Below, one piece after another: positions 25,183 through 37,026 of a DNA stretch of 45,448 nucleotides; the stretch's first letter is position 1; each line of letters opens with the position of its first letter. The position numbers were made by a program, and so were the translations under genes. The DNA comes from Catajapyx aquilonaris (lineage: Eukaryota). A model generated the notes under the pieces. That model did no database searches. It was not told where the DNA came from and saw only the letters and a list, made by a program, of their open reading frames with translations. The DNA lies in contig JYFJ02003169.1 in assembly GCA_000934665.2 (NCBI GenBank), positions 1 to 45,448 of the forward strand, in the 5' to 3' direction.

Positions 25183-28100
25183 TTATAGGCCAAAGTCCAT
25201 ATCAACAAAAGGTTTTTTCCCCATCCAATTGATCTTCAGAATCTTGGTATCATTTAAGGCAGCAGCCAGCAAGTAAACTTCATTTCTTACATACATGGGG
25301 AACATGTTTTGGACACCATTAATGGTCATCCTTTCAGTTTCATAGAAGCCCTGTGGAAATATTTGGAGAAATTAACAGCAATAAATTTAAATCAAATGCA
25401 TTTTGTGAAGACTTGTGGCAAAAAATATTGCCATTTCATTATTTCGAGGTAGCCACTTACCCTAGTGAAGCCATATTTGTACAAGTAGACCAGCGACCCT
25501 TCTGTTGCTACGGTGATGTAAGCATCTTCTGCAAAAAGGTCGAATAATTGCTGGAATAGTGTTCTTAGTGAGGAAATATTTTTTATGCTCACCTGCTAGG
25601 ATTAAAGCTGATACACTCAAAACATTACGTGGCAGGTAGAGTGACTGGTACAGATAATAGTTGCTGAAATCATGCCTGTATTCATAGATTTGGATGGGCT
25701 CCACAACGTGATGCTTCAGACCAATTGCTGAGTATGGAGTTTGTTGTGTAAATATTATAAACACATTCGAATCTACTTGCAGATGTGTCACATCTCTTGC
25801 CCCCATGGTGTTCACAGTTCTCAGCAGTTCAAACTACAAGCAAAAGAAGTTGATCAAGTGTTCCAAGAAAATTATCAAAATAGACTTGCCCTTTTCTTTT
25901 CAGGAACAAATGTGTAGATCTCAGATCGACTAAATGTTGACTTTTCCTCGTTCATTGTGTTCAAAACTACCAAGTGATATGTATTTTTGTCCAGTTTGAT
26001 CAACTCCAAACGACGCACTCCATGTGTTGGTATCTCCTGAGTGAAGACCACTTCTGCCTTTTCAATGCCCTTTACGACACTACTGACATTGTACGAGTCT
26101 GTAACAATTCAATCAAATGAGAATTATCCAGTTCAATTAATAAATCCTTCACACATTTCTCATGGGATGACATTATGGAATTGAAAGAATGCTTTGCTTA
26201 CTGAGCTCGCGATCAAAGTATATCGCAAGAATGACATATGTTGTTCCAGCATGGTGAAATGCCTTGGTATCACTGATGTAGCCAGTTCTTTCATCTGTTA
26301 CTGTGAAACTTCTGTGTTCTTCTGGTACATATGTAGAAAGGTTTGGTCTTGGTTGGGTCATGATGCTAATGTTGGTCCTCTCTCTCTTCTTGTGGTCACT
26401 GGATACACACCTAAAGTGGAAATTTAGAGTATGAATATCTAGTCTGAAAATCAGATACAACATGATATGCTACAACTTCATGTTACATGGCATCAAACTT
26501 GTTAATTGTCTGGAAAAGATGAATTCATCACATTGATAATTTTTTTCAAATTCATACTACTGTAGTTCAATGTCACCTGCTTTCATTTCATAGCACCTGT
26601 ACCCAAATCCAAAATTGTGATTCCAAAGCATACTTAGCCTTGTTTGGCCCTCTAACTGTCAACCAGCATTACCTTTCCTCAAAGCTGACAGTGTTTGTAG
26701 AAATGGTAAGAATCATCTCGCCATCTAATAGCTCATATTGATATTGCCTGCTACCACTCCATTCTGGCAAGGTCTCATTCAATAGTTCCTCATTCTCTAT
26801 CAGAATGACTGTTTGTGCAGTACATTTGCAACCATGAGGTAAGTTGCAACTTTCCTTGCTAGCTGCATGCAAATTAATCCAAAGGCTATCAGGATTAGCA
26901 CGGTAAGTGACATGCTCCACACTTGGTACATTCACATTGAGTAATTCATGCATGTACTGGTATTCTGATGGCATATCTGAAATATATCAGTCAAGTGTAG
27001 CACATATGAACCACCCCCCATTTCCTGAATCTTACCTCCGAGTTGTTCGAAAGATGACTGCAGTTTCAATTTGTAGTCTCGAGAAATGTTTACTGAAGGC
27101 ATCAAGGCAGCCTGAAGTTGTGTGAAGCGGCTATGGAGCCTGCCAGGCATTTCTGCTACTTTGATCCCATTTACTGTTCCTACCACAGCCACATCTGCTT
27201 CTATTTCTGTCATTGCCTCAAACGTCTGAAATTTCAAATCCCAAAATATTTAGTAATGTATCATCAGTTCAAAAAGAATTGTCCCAGTCATCCTGATGTG
27301 TGTGCTGCCCGCTCGACACACACCATGTAACTTACATGGTGTGTGTCGAGCGGGCAGCACACACATCAGGATGACTGGGACAGTTCTTTTTGCACTGTTG
27401 GTACCATCATCGAAAAAGGCCTTACCGTGGCATGTGACAGGGTTTCATCTTGATCAACAGTAATGGCATTTCGTAGATCCTCCAGTGTTCTACCATTCAC
27501 AGTCCCTACTGCCAGGCTTCCCTTTGTGCTTAAGTTTTGAAAGCTTTTTTTCCCTGTGATGTTAATGGTACTTCCAGGACTTGCAAATACCAAGTCGTTC
27601 AGGTCAACATTAATGAAATTTGCATGGGCTTGTTCTGAAATAGAAGCTTGCAATGTACTTGGCAATAATGTGTATGTTACAATAATGTCTGGTGACTGGC
27701 CACACAATTCTTATGACTAGACTGAACTTTTGGTCAGTATAGTAAAACTTCCTTGTCAAGTCCACATTGTCCACAAATAATGCATCTAAGGCCCATCTAC
27801 ATAATGACTGCTTAAGTCATGGGGTTGAGTAATCCTGGGTCAAGAGGGAGTCAGGGTTGAACTCAAGACAGTTGGATTGGTAGGCCTAATGTATGCATTA
27901 AGAAACCATAGGCAGGGTTACTTGTCTGACCCTGGAAATGTATACACCTTTTTTCTGGGAAGAAATGACACCAGCATACACCTTCACGGTGTCCATCCCT
28001 CAGGCCCCTCCCTACAAGGTAATACCTAGTCACCCAGCCTCGACCTCCTCTGGAAGCTGCATTAACACTTTTTAGAACTTATCTGCACACACACTGCACA

Positions 28101-31100
28101 GGCTGTTATAAGTCCTGCTGGCCAAGTCAACTCTGCTGGTACAACTCGACCCCACAAGGGAGGCTTGACCTGCCAGGGTGCTAATCCTCCACTCAACTCA
28201 ACCCTGACCCCACATTTGAACACCCATGTATATGGACTTAAGATGTTTTGAGTGATGCATGTGGTTAAGTGCTTTTACAAGAATCCTTCGCATGCATCAA
28301 AATTGCACTTCTCAGGAAACCTGGAAACAATGATGTTACCTGCATGGACATTGCCAGTGAATATTATAGGACCCAGAATTTCCTCTGATTTTGAGAGGGT
28401 AATTCTCTGCTCCAGCAGGCTTCCAATGGACAGTCCATTCAACTGACCAAATGTAGCATCTTGCTTCACTCTCAGTTGGCTCAGCTCTGCTTGAGGTATA
28501 ACTTTATTTGAATGGACTGTGACCAAATCACTAGGTACAATGCCATCAATTGAATCTGAAATTAAAGTTCTTGTAGGTCTACTCGTATCACAAAAAAATA
28601 ACGAAAGGTACCTTCAACTATGAGATTCTCCGCATTTAAAGATGCAAAAGTCTTATTGCCTCTCACTAATTGATTTCCAGAAATCCTAACCAGTGTGTGG
28701 TTAAGATGATGCAGGTCAAAACCATTTACCATCAAGCCCATATTTCCAAACACTTTTGCTGAATTAAGTGCAAGTTGTTGAAATGACTTAGAAGCTGCAA
28801 CTGTCTGAAACACAATTTCACTTCTGTAAGTTTGTCTGTAACAAACCAATTCTGATTATGTGCCAAAAATACAAACCTGATCTCCTGCTTTGTAGAGAGC
28901 ATCTTGTTCAATGAACATCAAATCAACACCATTGATCCATGCATCACTGGTGACACCATGAAGTACAATGTCATCAAATACCCCTCGTCCTAAAACCACC
29001 TCATCTTTTGTTTTTGAAACAGCATTTTCGAAAAGATAGGAGAGCTGCTTCCTATCATACTTCGAGGCTTTCCATGTAGCTGAACCTTGGACAGTTAAGC
29101 TTGACGATGTCCTATCACTTGCTTTGTAAAGGCCTTTTGCCACCTAAAAATAAACATTTATTGTAGTTTCTCCTTTGCTTACCAACTGTCACACTTGCCT
29201 TCCTAATGTCACAATTATTTATATTCCCACCAAGAAGAAGGTTGCCTTGAATTGTAACATTGCCAAAGACAGTGAGGCCCCCTCTTAGAACAGTGGCTTC
29301 AGTTGTTAGTGCCACATCATCAACATTGACACCATCAATGACTTGAGCTGTAAGCTCATCTGAAAAGACAAGTTACTGCGGTTCCTGTTCACTCACTTTC
29401 ACAAACTGTTATGTGCACATACTTGCAATGACATTTTGAAAGGTTGCTGTAGACCTGATGCTTTGGTCCTTTGTTAAGGAGAGGGACACTTCCTGCAATT
29501 GATGCAGATCAATGTCATTGACTGTAGGTGTGCCCAGGTTTCCTTTCACAGTAACAGAGCTCATTGACTTCACTCCATGAACCATGTTATCCTCTGACTT
29601 ATTGACAACCTGAAAAATTGATTTTATGAAATAAGATCCAAACCTGATTACACTTCAAAATTCTTTTACCATATTCAAATGTGGAGTCACAGGAATGCCA
29701 TTCCATGATTTCACCTCAAGATGACCCAAAAAATTTGCATTGCCCCCTACTTGCAGAGAATTGAGTTCTCCATTTAAGTGAATCACATTTCCAAAAGTGT
29801 CCAAATCAATTCCATTTACCTCTCCTGATACTACGATATCTGGAGCTGGAATTATCAATGTTATGTAGGAATGAAGATTATTATTCATACTTTGCACATA
29901 CCATGTACTACTTCAATTGTTACATGACCCTGAATAGCAGCTGGTTCATCTATCATGACTGCATTATCCAGCATCTGATATACGTCAATGCTATTCATTG
30001 TGGCTGCATTTAAATTTCCTCTTGAATTCAGGTGCTCAACACGTAGATGTTTGAGCCTCGTCACACCTACAGAAGAAACTTTGTAGACTTGATTCACCAA
30101 TATGCATATTTTATCTTACCCTCTATGTTCAGGGAGGTGCTGCTTTGAGACACAATGTCATCTGGAATGCTTAGGCCATTTAATTTCCCAATAATTGCTC
30201 CATCTGGAAGAATAAGACCACCGACGAATGTCTGAAATGGTAAAGGATTTCCTGTTAGATCACAACCTGCTATGAACATTAAAATCTTTTACCTTCAGAC
30301 CATCAATCCAAAACATTCCTGACTTCATCACTGCTTCCAGTTGCAATACATCAACACCATTAATGGTTACACCAGGTTCTATGATCACGTCCTTCAAAAC
30401 TGACACATCATAGAAGTGAAGGAAAGACTGCACTGTTTGAGTGCCACCAGCAAGAAGCAGATCTTGTGGGTGGAGCAAGTTAAGAGTTTGAGTGTTAACA
30501 TTACCAGAAAAAGTGACCATGTTTGGTATTGCCACTTGGACCGAAATTGTCTGCAATGAAATATGGTTTAAAACATTTTGTGACATGCTGCTGTGGTTAA
30601 GCTTAAACTCACTTGGTTTCCATTAACTCTCCAGTAGTTGTTCAATATATTTGCTAGTGTAGTACTGTTTATGCTAGGCACGATCATTGTAGTGGTCTAG
30701 AAAAAAAGGAAAATGCAGCAGTTGCATAGCAGGCTACACTATTAACTGTACCAGTACTCTTACCTTCAGACGATTTAATTGTTGGCCATCCCGAAGTAAG
30801 TAGATCTGGTACTTCTTCAATCTATGGACTTCTGACAAGTCCAGACCATTTACTTTCACTGACTCATTTGTGATTACTTCCTTTGTTACAGTCAAATTAC
30901 CAAAGGTGATTGAACCTGTAATAGTAGCAATAATAGTAATTTTTGAGATTCTGAATGAAATTTTTAAATGCTTACCATTGAAAGTATTCCCTGAAGATTT
31001 AGAAGCAACATTGCTCATTTCCAACCCATTAACTGTTTTGGTCGACAAGTCTTGATTCAACTTCATCTTCTTCACATGGATATTTGACTCGATATGTTGA

Positions 31101-34100
31101 TCCTTCACTGTTGTTAGCAAATTGTGAACAAAAACATTATTGATCTTCACTGCATCCAATGATGAAACAGTCATGGAGTCAAAGTTAACAGATCCTACAA
31201 TAAATTATACACATATTAATGTTTTCCAAACACACATTTACCCTGGGATGCAGATACTTTTTCATTAGAGCTTTATTTGGATATGTTCATACCTTTGATT
31301 TTCTGATCCTTTCCTTGAATCACAACTGAATTTGCAAAGGCCTCAAAATTACGTTCATTCAGAGTGCCAACTGACAACTTGTTGAAATCCACATCAGTGT
31401 TAAAAACGAGGCTTCCCTCAACATACTGATTGGAGCTGCTAGTTGATACAGCATCATCATACCAATCTCGAAAATGGCGCTGTGCAATATGTATGCAATT
31501 CAGAACATTTCATATGAAACAAGATTGCAATTTCTTACCTTGTTGATCAATCCAGTTGTAATATTGCCTCTCACAACCAAGTTCATCTTCTTAGTCCCTG
31601 ATATGAAAGTAGGCCCATCACTCTTAACAACAACATCCTTCAGACTGATTCCATTTACTGCTGATACATTTCTGAATCCTTCCTGCACCCTCAAATTTTT
31701 TTCCATGGTGTGATTCCCTGTGACATTTTGAGATCTACTTAAATAGCTCATGTAATCTGAAACCATGTAGGCCTATTAGTTTAAAATGACCAGGAAATAG
31801 TGACTGAATGAGATGGTGTGGTAAAATGTAACAGTTGTGTTACCCATCATGTCTGCTCCAGATAATTTTCCTCTCAAGTTCATTTTGGTAATGGACATTT
31901 CTTGGACATTGAGGTCACCAGTTAAAGTTTGCTCTCCATGATACTGTAATGTCCCATTGGCCAGCCTTCTCCACTCAATCATGTTGATACGATTAGTTAC
32001 CAGCTTTGGCACAGATGCAGTATCAGCATGCAGATTTCCTTTGATGGTCAAGTCACCTTCTATGGTACCTGGTAAAGTCTTGAACACCAGTTTATCAAGG
32101 GCAGCAACACCATACTTGGCCTGCTGAACCACTTCCTGTGTCTTGTTCTCCAGAGTACTGGCAGTTTCTTTCAGGTCACTTCTTCCAGAGAGGATTTCCA
32201 AATTTGCTATATGACCAAGCTTCAGGTGTACCTTTTGGATTTTTAAGGAGCCTGTAAAGGTAGCATCTCGATTGCAAGTTAGAATTTGCTTCAATTGCCC
32301 CTTCAACTGATCCAATGTTCCCCTGGATTGTTTCAGCCTGCTGCTCAGCTCCAGCATGATTCTCAGCAAAGGGTCCTTTTCAATCAGAGGTTCTAAAAAA
32401 GAATGAGAAAAGTAAACTAGCCAGCTCATAATTTCAAGTCAGAATGTGCACTTACCAAGTGGTACGGTGCTGACTGTTACAGGGATTGCAAGCACTACAG
32501 CCTGACCATTCCTGAAAGCATTTATAATGATGTAGTAATCATCAGCAATGGAGAAGAATTTTGCTTCCTGAATATTATCCACATCTAATGACTTGCTGTA
32601 TTCAAGCATAAACTGTGCACCCCACTTTGAGTACAAGTAAATCTTGCTCTGGAAGAAATAAAACCGTATGAATGAAGGTCGATTTTGTTCAAGACATGCA
32701 TATTTACATTTCCAGCTGCCAATAGAAAAGTTTGGTCATCTGCCAAGTGAAGAGTGTCGAAAGAAATGGCGCAGCCTTTCACTTCTTTTAGCACTTGCCA
32801 CTCCACAAATTCAGTTCCTGGAACATGTCAGCATTAACTCCATATTGCAGTTTTTAACATGTTATTTCATACCAACCTTCCCACCAGAACACACTGCTGA
32901 GGTAGTTTTTATTCCCAATTATTGCAAAGTATTCCTTCCCTGCCTTAAATGTTGACACCACCACTGGTGCAAAACTTTTCAACAGTTGCACCTTGGCAAG
33001 TTCTAGAGTAGCAGGATTCATCTTCCACACTTGAGTTCCAACCTGAAATCATATTAGCTGAAACAGCAGCTCTCTATAACCATGATAGCATTTGGTGGAT
33101 ATCTGCACATACCTGTGGGTTCGCATCATGATCCTGAGCTATCAGGATGTACTGGTACCCGCTATTGGCGTACGTCGAAAGCACTACCGACCCTTTCGTC
33201 ATTATTTCGTATATTCTGTCCATATATGTCCCGGACCACTTGTATATTCTGAAAAAGTCAAGAAATAAGCTTCTCTGCTGCAGGTGGCCAACAATAGTCC
33301 TCTCACTCTGTTACGGATCTGTCGACAGATCTTCCTCCGGTGGCCAAAACCAAAAATAGGGAATCACCTGCAGAGAAAAACGTGGCTGCAGTGGCAATGT
33401 TCGGGTTTTTGATCGACTGGCGCGGAACTAGCCGTAAATTAGCGTCCAGCGTGCAGATGTAAGAATAGCTTTTTGACGTCGATATCAGCAGGAAATAGAT
33501 GTTCTTCCATTGAAAGGCCTGAAAGAGTGTCGTAAAAATTCTGTCGTGGTCAAATTGTGGGGGCTACCTACAGAAACAAATTGGACGTGATTGATGTCCA
33601 TGTTGGCCACGCGATTTTCTAGAGTGCTGTTCGACACAAAGGACATCTTGGGTCCCATCAATGGTGGGTTGCTCAGCCGGTATATCCCGTCATATTGCAT
33701 GGAATAAAAATTGTCGGCTCGTTGTACCACTTGCAATGAGGCGTGTTGCTGGTACGACACCTGGACGCTCTCGGTGGCGATCTCAGCTTTGTACAATTCT
33801 GCAACAAAAAGGTGGTGAAATGGAGAACTGCAATTACCATACTGTACAGTCAAATTGTCATATGCCCGAATTTGCCCCCGAAAAAAGATCCGAATTCACG
33901 TCCGGAAATCAATAGGTGTAACCTGCTGGTGTAACCATAAATAACAGAAATAACTCACTGTTCACATTTTGGCTTTGCTCATTCATGATGCTCTTCACCA
34001 AGTCTCGCTTGAACAATCGCAGCTTGTCATCCATGAATGCCTGAAAATGCCTTTTGTCACAAACGTACTTGGATCATGACAGTCAAAATGATGATAATTA

Positions 34101-34297
34101 TTACCTGCAATTCTTCGGCTGCATTTTCTTTACCGTGAGAGACAGAACAGCTGCAACGAATTCACACCCGTAAAAAAAACTGCACTCTAAGATGCACAGA
34201 ATGCAAAAATGCACAAAACATACCTGACGATGTGTGATGTAACACAGAAAATCCATACACGCAACCATAATTTGCAGTGCCCAATGTCAGAATTCAT
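25183..34297 (-). CDS. Large secreted EAR/EPTP-propeller + beta-repeat fibre protein (~2,000 aa, ~33 exons), Closca/Polehole-like
   Basis: Hand-spliced phase-consistent exons include 34297-34224, 34150-34105, 34040-33959, 33798-33572, 33518-33307, 33248-33113, 33042-32877, 32817-32708, 32648-32456, 32392-31844 ... 26410-26202, 25833-25593, 25528-25461 and 25350-25183(TAA). It has a signal-like N-terminus. EAR-like repeats occur at the N-terminus (IYKWSGTYMDRIYEIMTKG, VFWWEGTEFVEWQVL) and C-terminus (FTQEIPTHG, FELLRTVNTMGARD, YLYQSL). The centre has many (V/I)NG(V/I/L)DL repeats. The gene is certain; the family name is recalled resemblance. The exon near 27720-27800 is uncertain. Confidence 0.8.
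27265..27397. mobile_element. Near-perfect 133-bp hairpin insertion in an intron
   Basis: 66-bp arms with 2 mismatches around a single central base (27331); lies inside the intron between ~27425 and ~27226. Confidence 0.85.
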
Positions 34298-34785
34298 CTG
34301 CACGATGGAATGGAGAAAAAAAAAGTCGAAAAATCCGCTTATTTTCTGAGGCAACTGAACCAACCTTGAGGAGAGATGGAAGTGAACGAATGCCGAGTGG
34401 GATGGGTGTATATGTAACCTTCCTATAGCAAAATGCACCACAGGGATTGTTCAAATGAACCTTTTTTAAAGGTCCTCGCATAAATCCCGGGAACTATTTC
34501 ACATGACTATAATAGTTGTAATATTGAACAATTCAACGATTAATAAGTGCTTTTTATGGCGATTTGGCCAGCTTGTGCCCAGTATACAATAAAGACAATA
34601 ATGTTCAGATCGTACCTCTTTTTTTCATAGCAGACATAATGTTGGTAATAAAATAATATATTATACGGACAATACGGTCGTATGTAAGCTTGACACGTGA
34701 CACTTCCAGATTAAATAATCATGTCAGGGACGTTTGCGCCAGGTAGATACTCCGATGCTGTATCCGTTAAATTGAGCAATTATTC

Positions 34786-35160
34786 AGTGGGTCGTGGTAG
34801 GAAGGGTGTATCCAAACTCGACCTAACTTGAATGGAAATCCTATGTGTTATTCTAGTTTTATGGCTGCAACAGTTTTCCGGATTATTTCCGTCAATTTTC
34901 GGAGTTTTTCTTGTAGAGTGGTCACTTACGGATGCCACATTTTCCGATTGGAATCCGCAGCAAAATTTTTACCGAAGTACAAAAAAAAATCAAAAATTCT
35001 CTTTGCTTTTTTAAAATAATTATGGGGAAAAAACATTCCAATCTGTATGAACATTCTCATTTAAAAATGCCGAGAGATGCCATTAGATGTGTTTAACTGC
35101 AAAATCTCAGTTTTGGATAACGGTTTGGATATGCGCCTTTCTTTTGCCGCGCGACTCACT
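34786..35160. mobile_element. Old degenerate MITE upstream of the large gene
   Basis: Left end AGTGGGTCGTGGTAGGAAGGGTGTATCCAAAC versus reverse-complemented right end AGTGAGTCGCGCGGCAAAAGAAAGGCGCATATCCAAAC. Confidence 0.4.
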
Positions 35161-35600
35161 CAATTAGTACCGTAAACAAAGAATAACGTCCGTTGAATTT
35201 TATATTCATAATGTGTCGCATATTGCACCATTCTGAGGACTTGAATGTGAGGTGGCTGAATTCACCAAAGAACGGACGGGATTATGGGAATAAATTAATG
35301 TAGATTAATCTATATTATTAATACCCTACTGTGATGGCGATTCCTCCCGCTGTGTACGGCCTACACCCTACAGCATTGGAAGTGGTGTCAAAATTTAGCC
35401 CGCGTGTCTTATATTTGCAATAAACTGTTGTTTTTTATTACACGCTTTATTATTATTACACGCTTTATATTAGTTTCACTTTGTCTGTGAGTGTGTGTGT
35501 CCACCCCTCCGTTCGCCCTTGCCCCACCATCTATCGGTGGGTATTAACGTTAGGGGTGATTTCGCGCCTTCCCACACCATCTAGCGGTTCGTATTCGCAT

Positions 35601-36310
35601 TAGGTAGTCACGTGATTGGCTGTGTTCGCCTTGGTGTTCGCTACCTCCCTACCGTCTGCGGTAGTAGTCACATGATGGGTGAATTTGCAACTTCCATACC
35701 TACTCGCGGTAGTAGTCACTACTAGCGTACTAGCGGAAGCAGAGTTCGATACCTCCCTACCGTCTGCGGTAGTAGTCACATGATGGGTGAATTTGCAACT
35801 TCCATACCTACTCGCGGTAGTAGTCACGTGATTGGCTGTGTTCGATACCCCCCTTCCGTCTGGCGGTAGTAGTCACATGATGGGTGAATTTGCAACTTCC
35901 ATACCTACTAGCGGTAGTAGTCACGTGATTGGCTGTGTTCGATACCTCCCTTCCGTCTGGCGGTAGTAGTCACACGATGGGTGAATTTGCAACTTCCATA
36001 CCTACTAGCGGTAGTAGTCACGTGAGTCGGTCCCTTGCCCCANGGGGGGGGGGGGGGGGGGGGGGGGGGGGTTCGCTCCCCACACCATCTAGCGGTTGGA
36101 ATTCACATTAGGGGTGACTATGCCACATCAACGCCAGATGGCGGCAGTAGTCACGTGAGGTTGTCACATCGCTACACATCTCCGTCGCTACTTCCTCCAC
36201 ATCATCGGGAGGTAGTCACGTGATTTGCTGTGTTCCCTATCTCCCTACTCACATGATGGGTGAATTTGCAACTTCCATACCTACTAGCGGTAGTAGTCAC
36301 GTGAGTCTGT
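35601..36310. repeat. Tandem array, ~97-bp dimeric unit of two ~48-bp subunits
   Basis: GTGATTGGCTGTG recurs at 35828 and 35925; subunits end in GCGGTAGTAGTCAC(G/A)TG; interrupted by n + poly-G at 36043. Confidence 0.9.
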
Positions 36311-36520
36311 CTGTTAGCAATCTCCACGCCAGTCACCGGAGTTACTGGCTCCCAGTATCCAGTTCGCTTCCTCCAAACTACAGGGCGGGAGTAAATACTC
36401 CGGACTGTTTTTAGTGACAAAGTGAAAAGATTACAAATCACAGCCTGGCACCATTCAACTAACTCCCCATGTACTATACATATGTCATTCCTTCCACTTT
36501 ATCACTAAAAACCAGTTAAA

Positions 36521-37026
36521 ATAAAAATATATAAAAAACCTTTTTAAGAACACGCTTTATATTTCCAAGTGCACTAAAAAGCAGAAAATAATTTTTCTTC
36601 CTCAATCTTCAGCTTTCTCTTTTACCTTGAACTGAACAGAAGATTCATGACTTTCTTTCCATGGAATTCAGCTACTGCAGTATTGTCTTGCTTTACTTAT
36701 ATTCTTATACGGCCTACATGACGAAAAATAAAGCGTGGGCACTAAAATTTTAATACTGTACATGGTTATATTTCATGCCATGGAAGTAGATAATGTGTCA
36801 TTTAGTGCCCACGCTTTATTTTTCGTCATGTAGGCCGTATAAGAATATAAGTAAAGCAAGACAACACTGCAGTAGCTGAATTCCATGGAAAGAAAGTCAT
36901 GAATCTTCTGTTCAGTTCAAGGTAAAAGAGAAAGCTGAAGATTGAGGAAGAAAAATTATTTTCTACTTTTTAGTGCACTTGGAAATATAAAGCGTGTTCT
37001 TAAAAAGGTTTTTTATATATTTTTAT
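36521..37026. repeat. Long inverted repeat: 226-bp arms, 54-bp spacer
   Basis: Arms 36521-36746 and 36801-37026 are reverse complements; I could find only 2 mismatches. Confidence 0.95.

Larger units (their letters stand above)
35431..37026. mobile_element. Helentron-associated (HINE/DINE-1-like) non-autonomous element with central tandem repeats
   Basis: T-rich ends and no TSD. Subterminal inverted motif ACACGCTTTAT (35440, 35458) / ATAAAGCGTGT (36987). A short (GT)/(CTGT)-like tract follows the 5' end, then a central tandem array and a large 3' palindrome. Confidence 0.6.

Noticed and set aside
27400..32400. Phage tail-fibre or bacterial adhesin gene acquired horizontally
   Set aside because: The repeats are split by many spliceosomal introns and flanked by animal EAR-like domains; the similarity is at most structural.
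35601..36310. CRISPR-like array (recurrent GCGGTAGTAGTCAC with ~35-nt intervals)
   Set aside because: The intervening segments alternate between two repeated sequences rather than being unique spacers; eukaryotic context and no cas genes.
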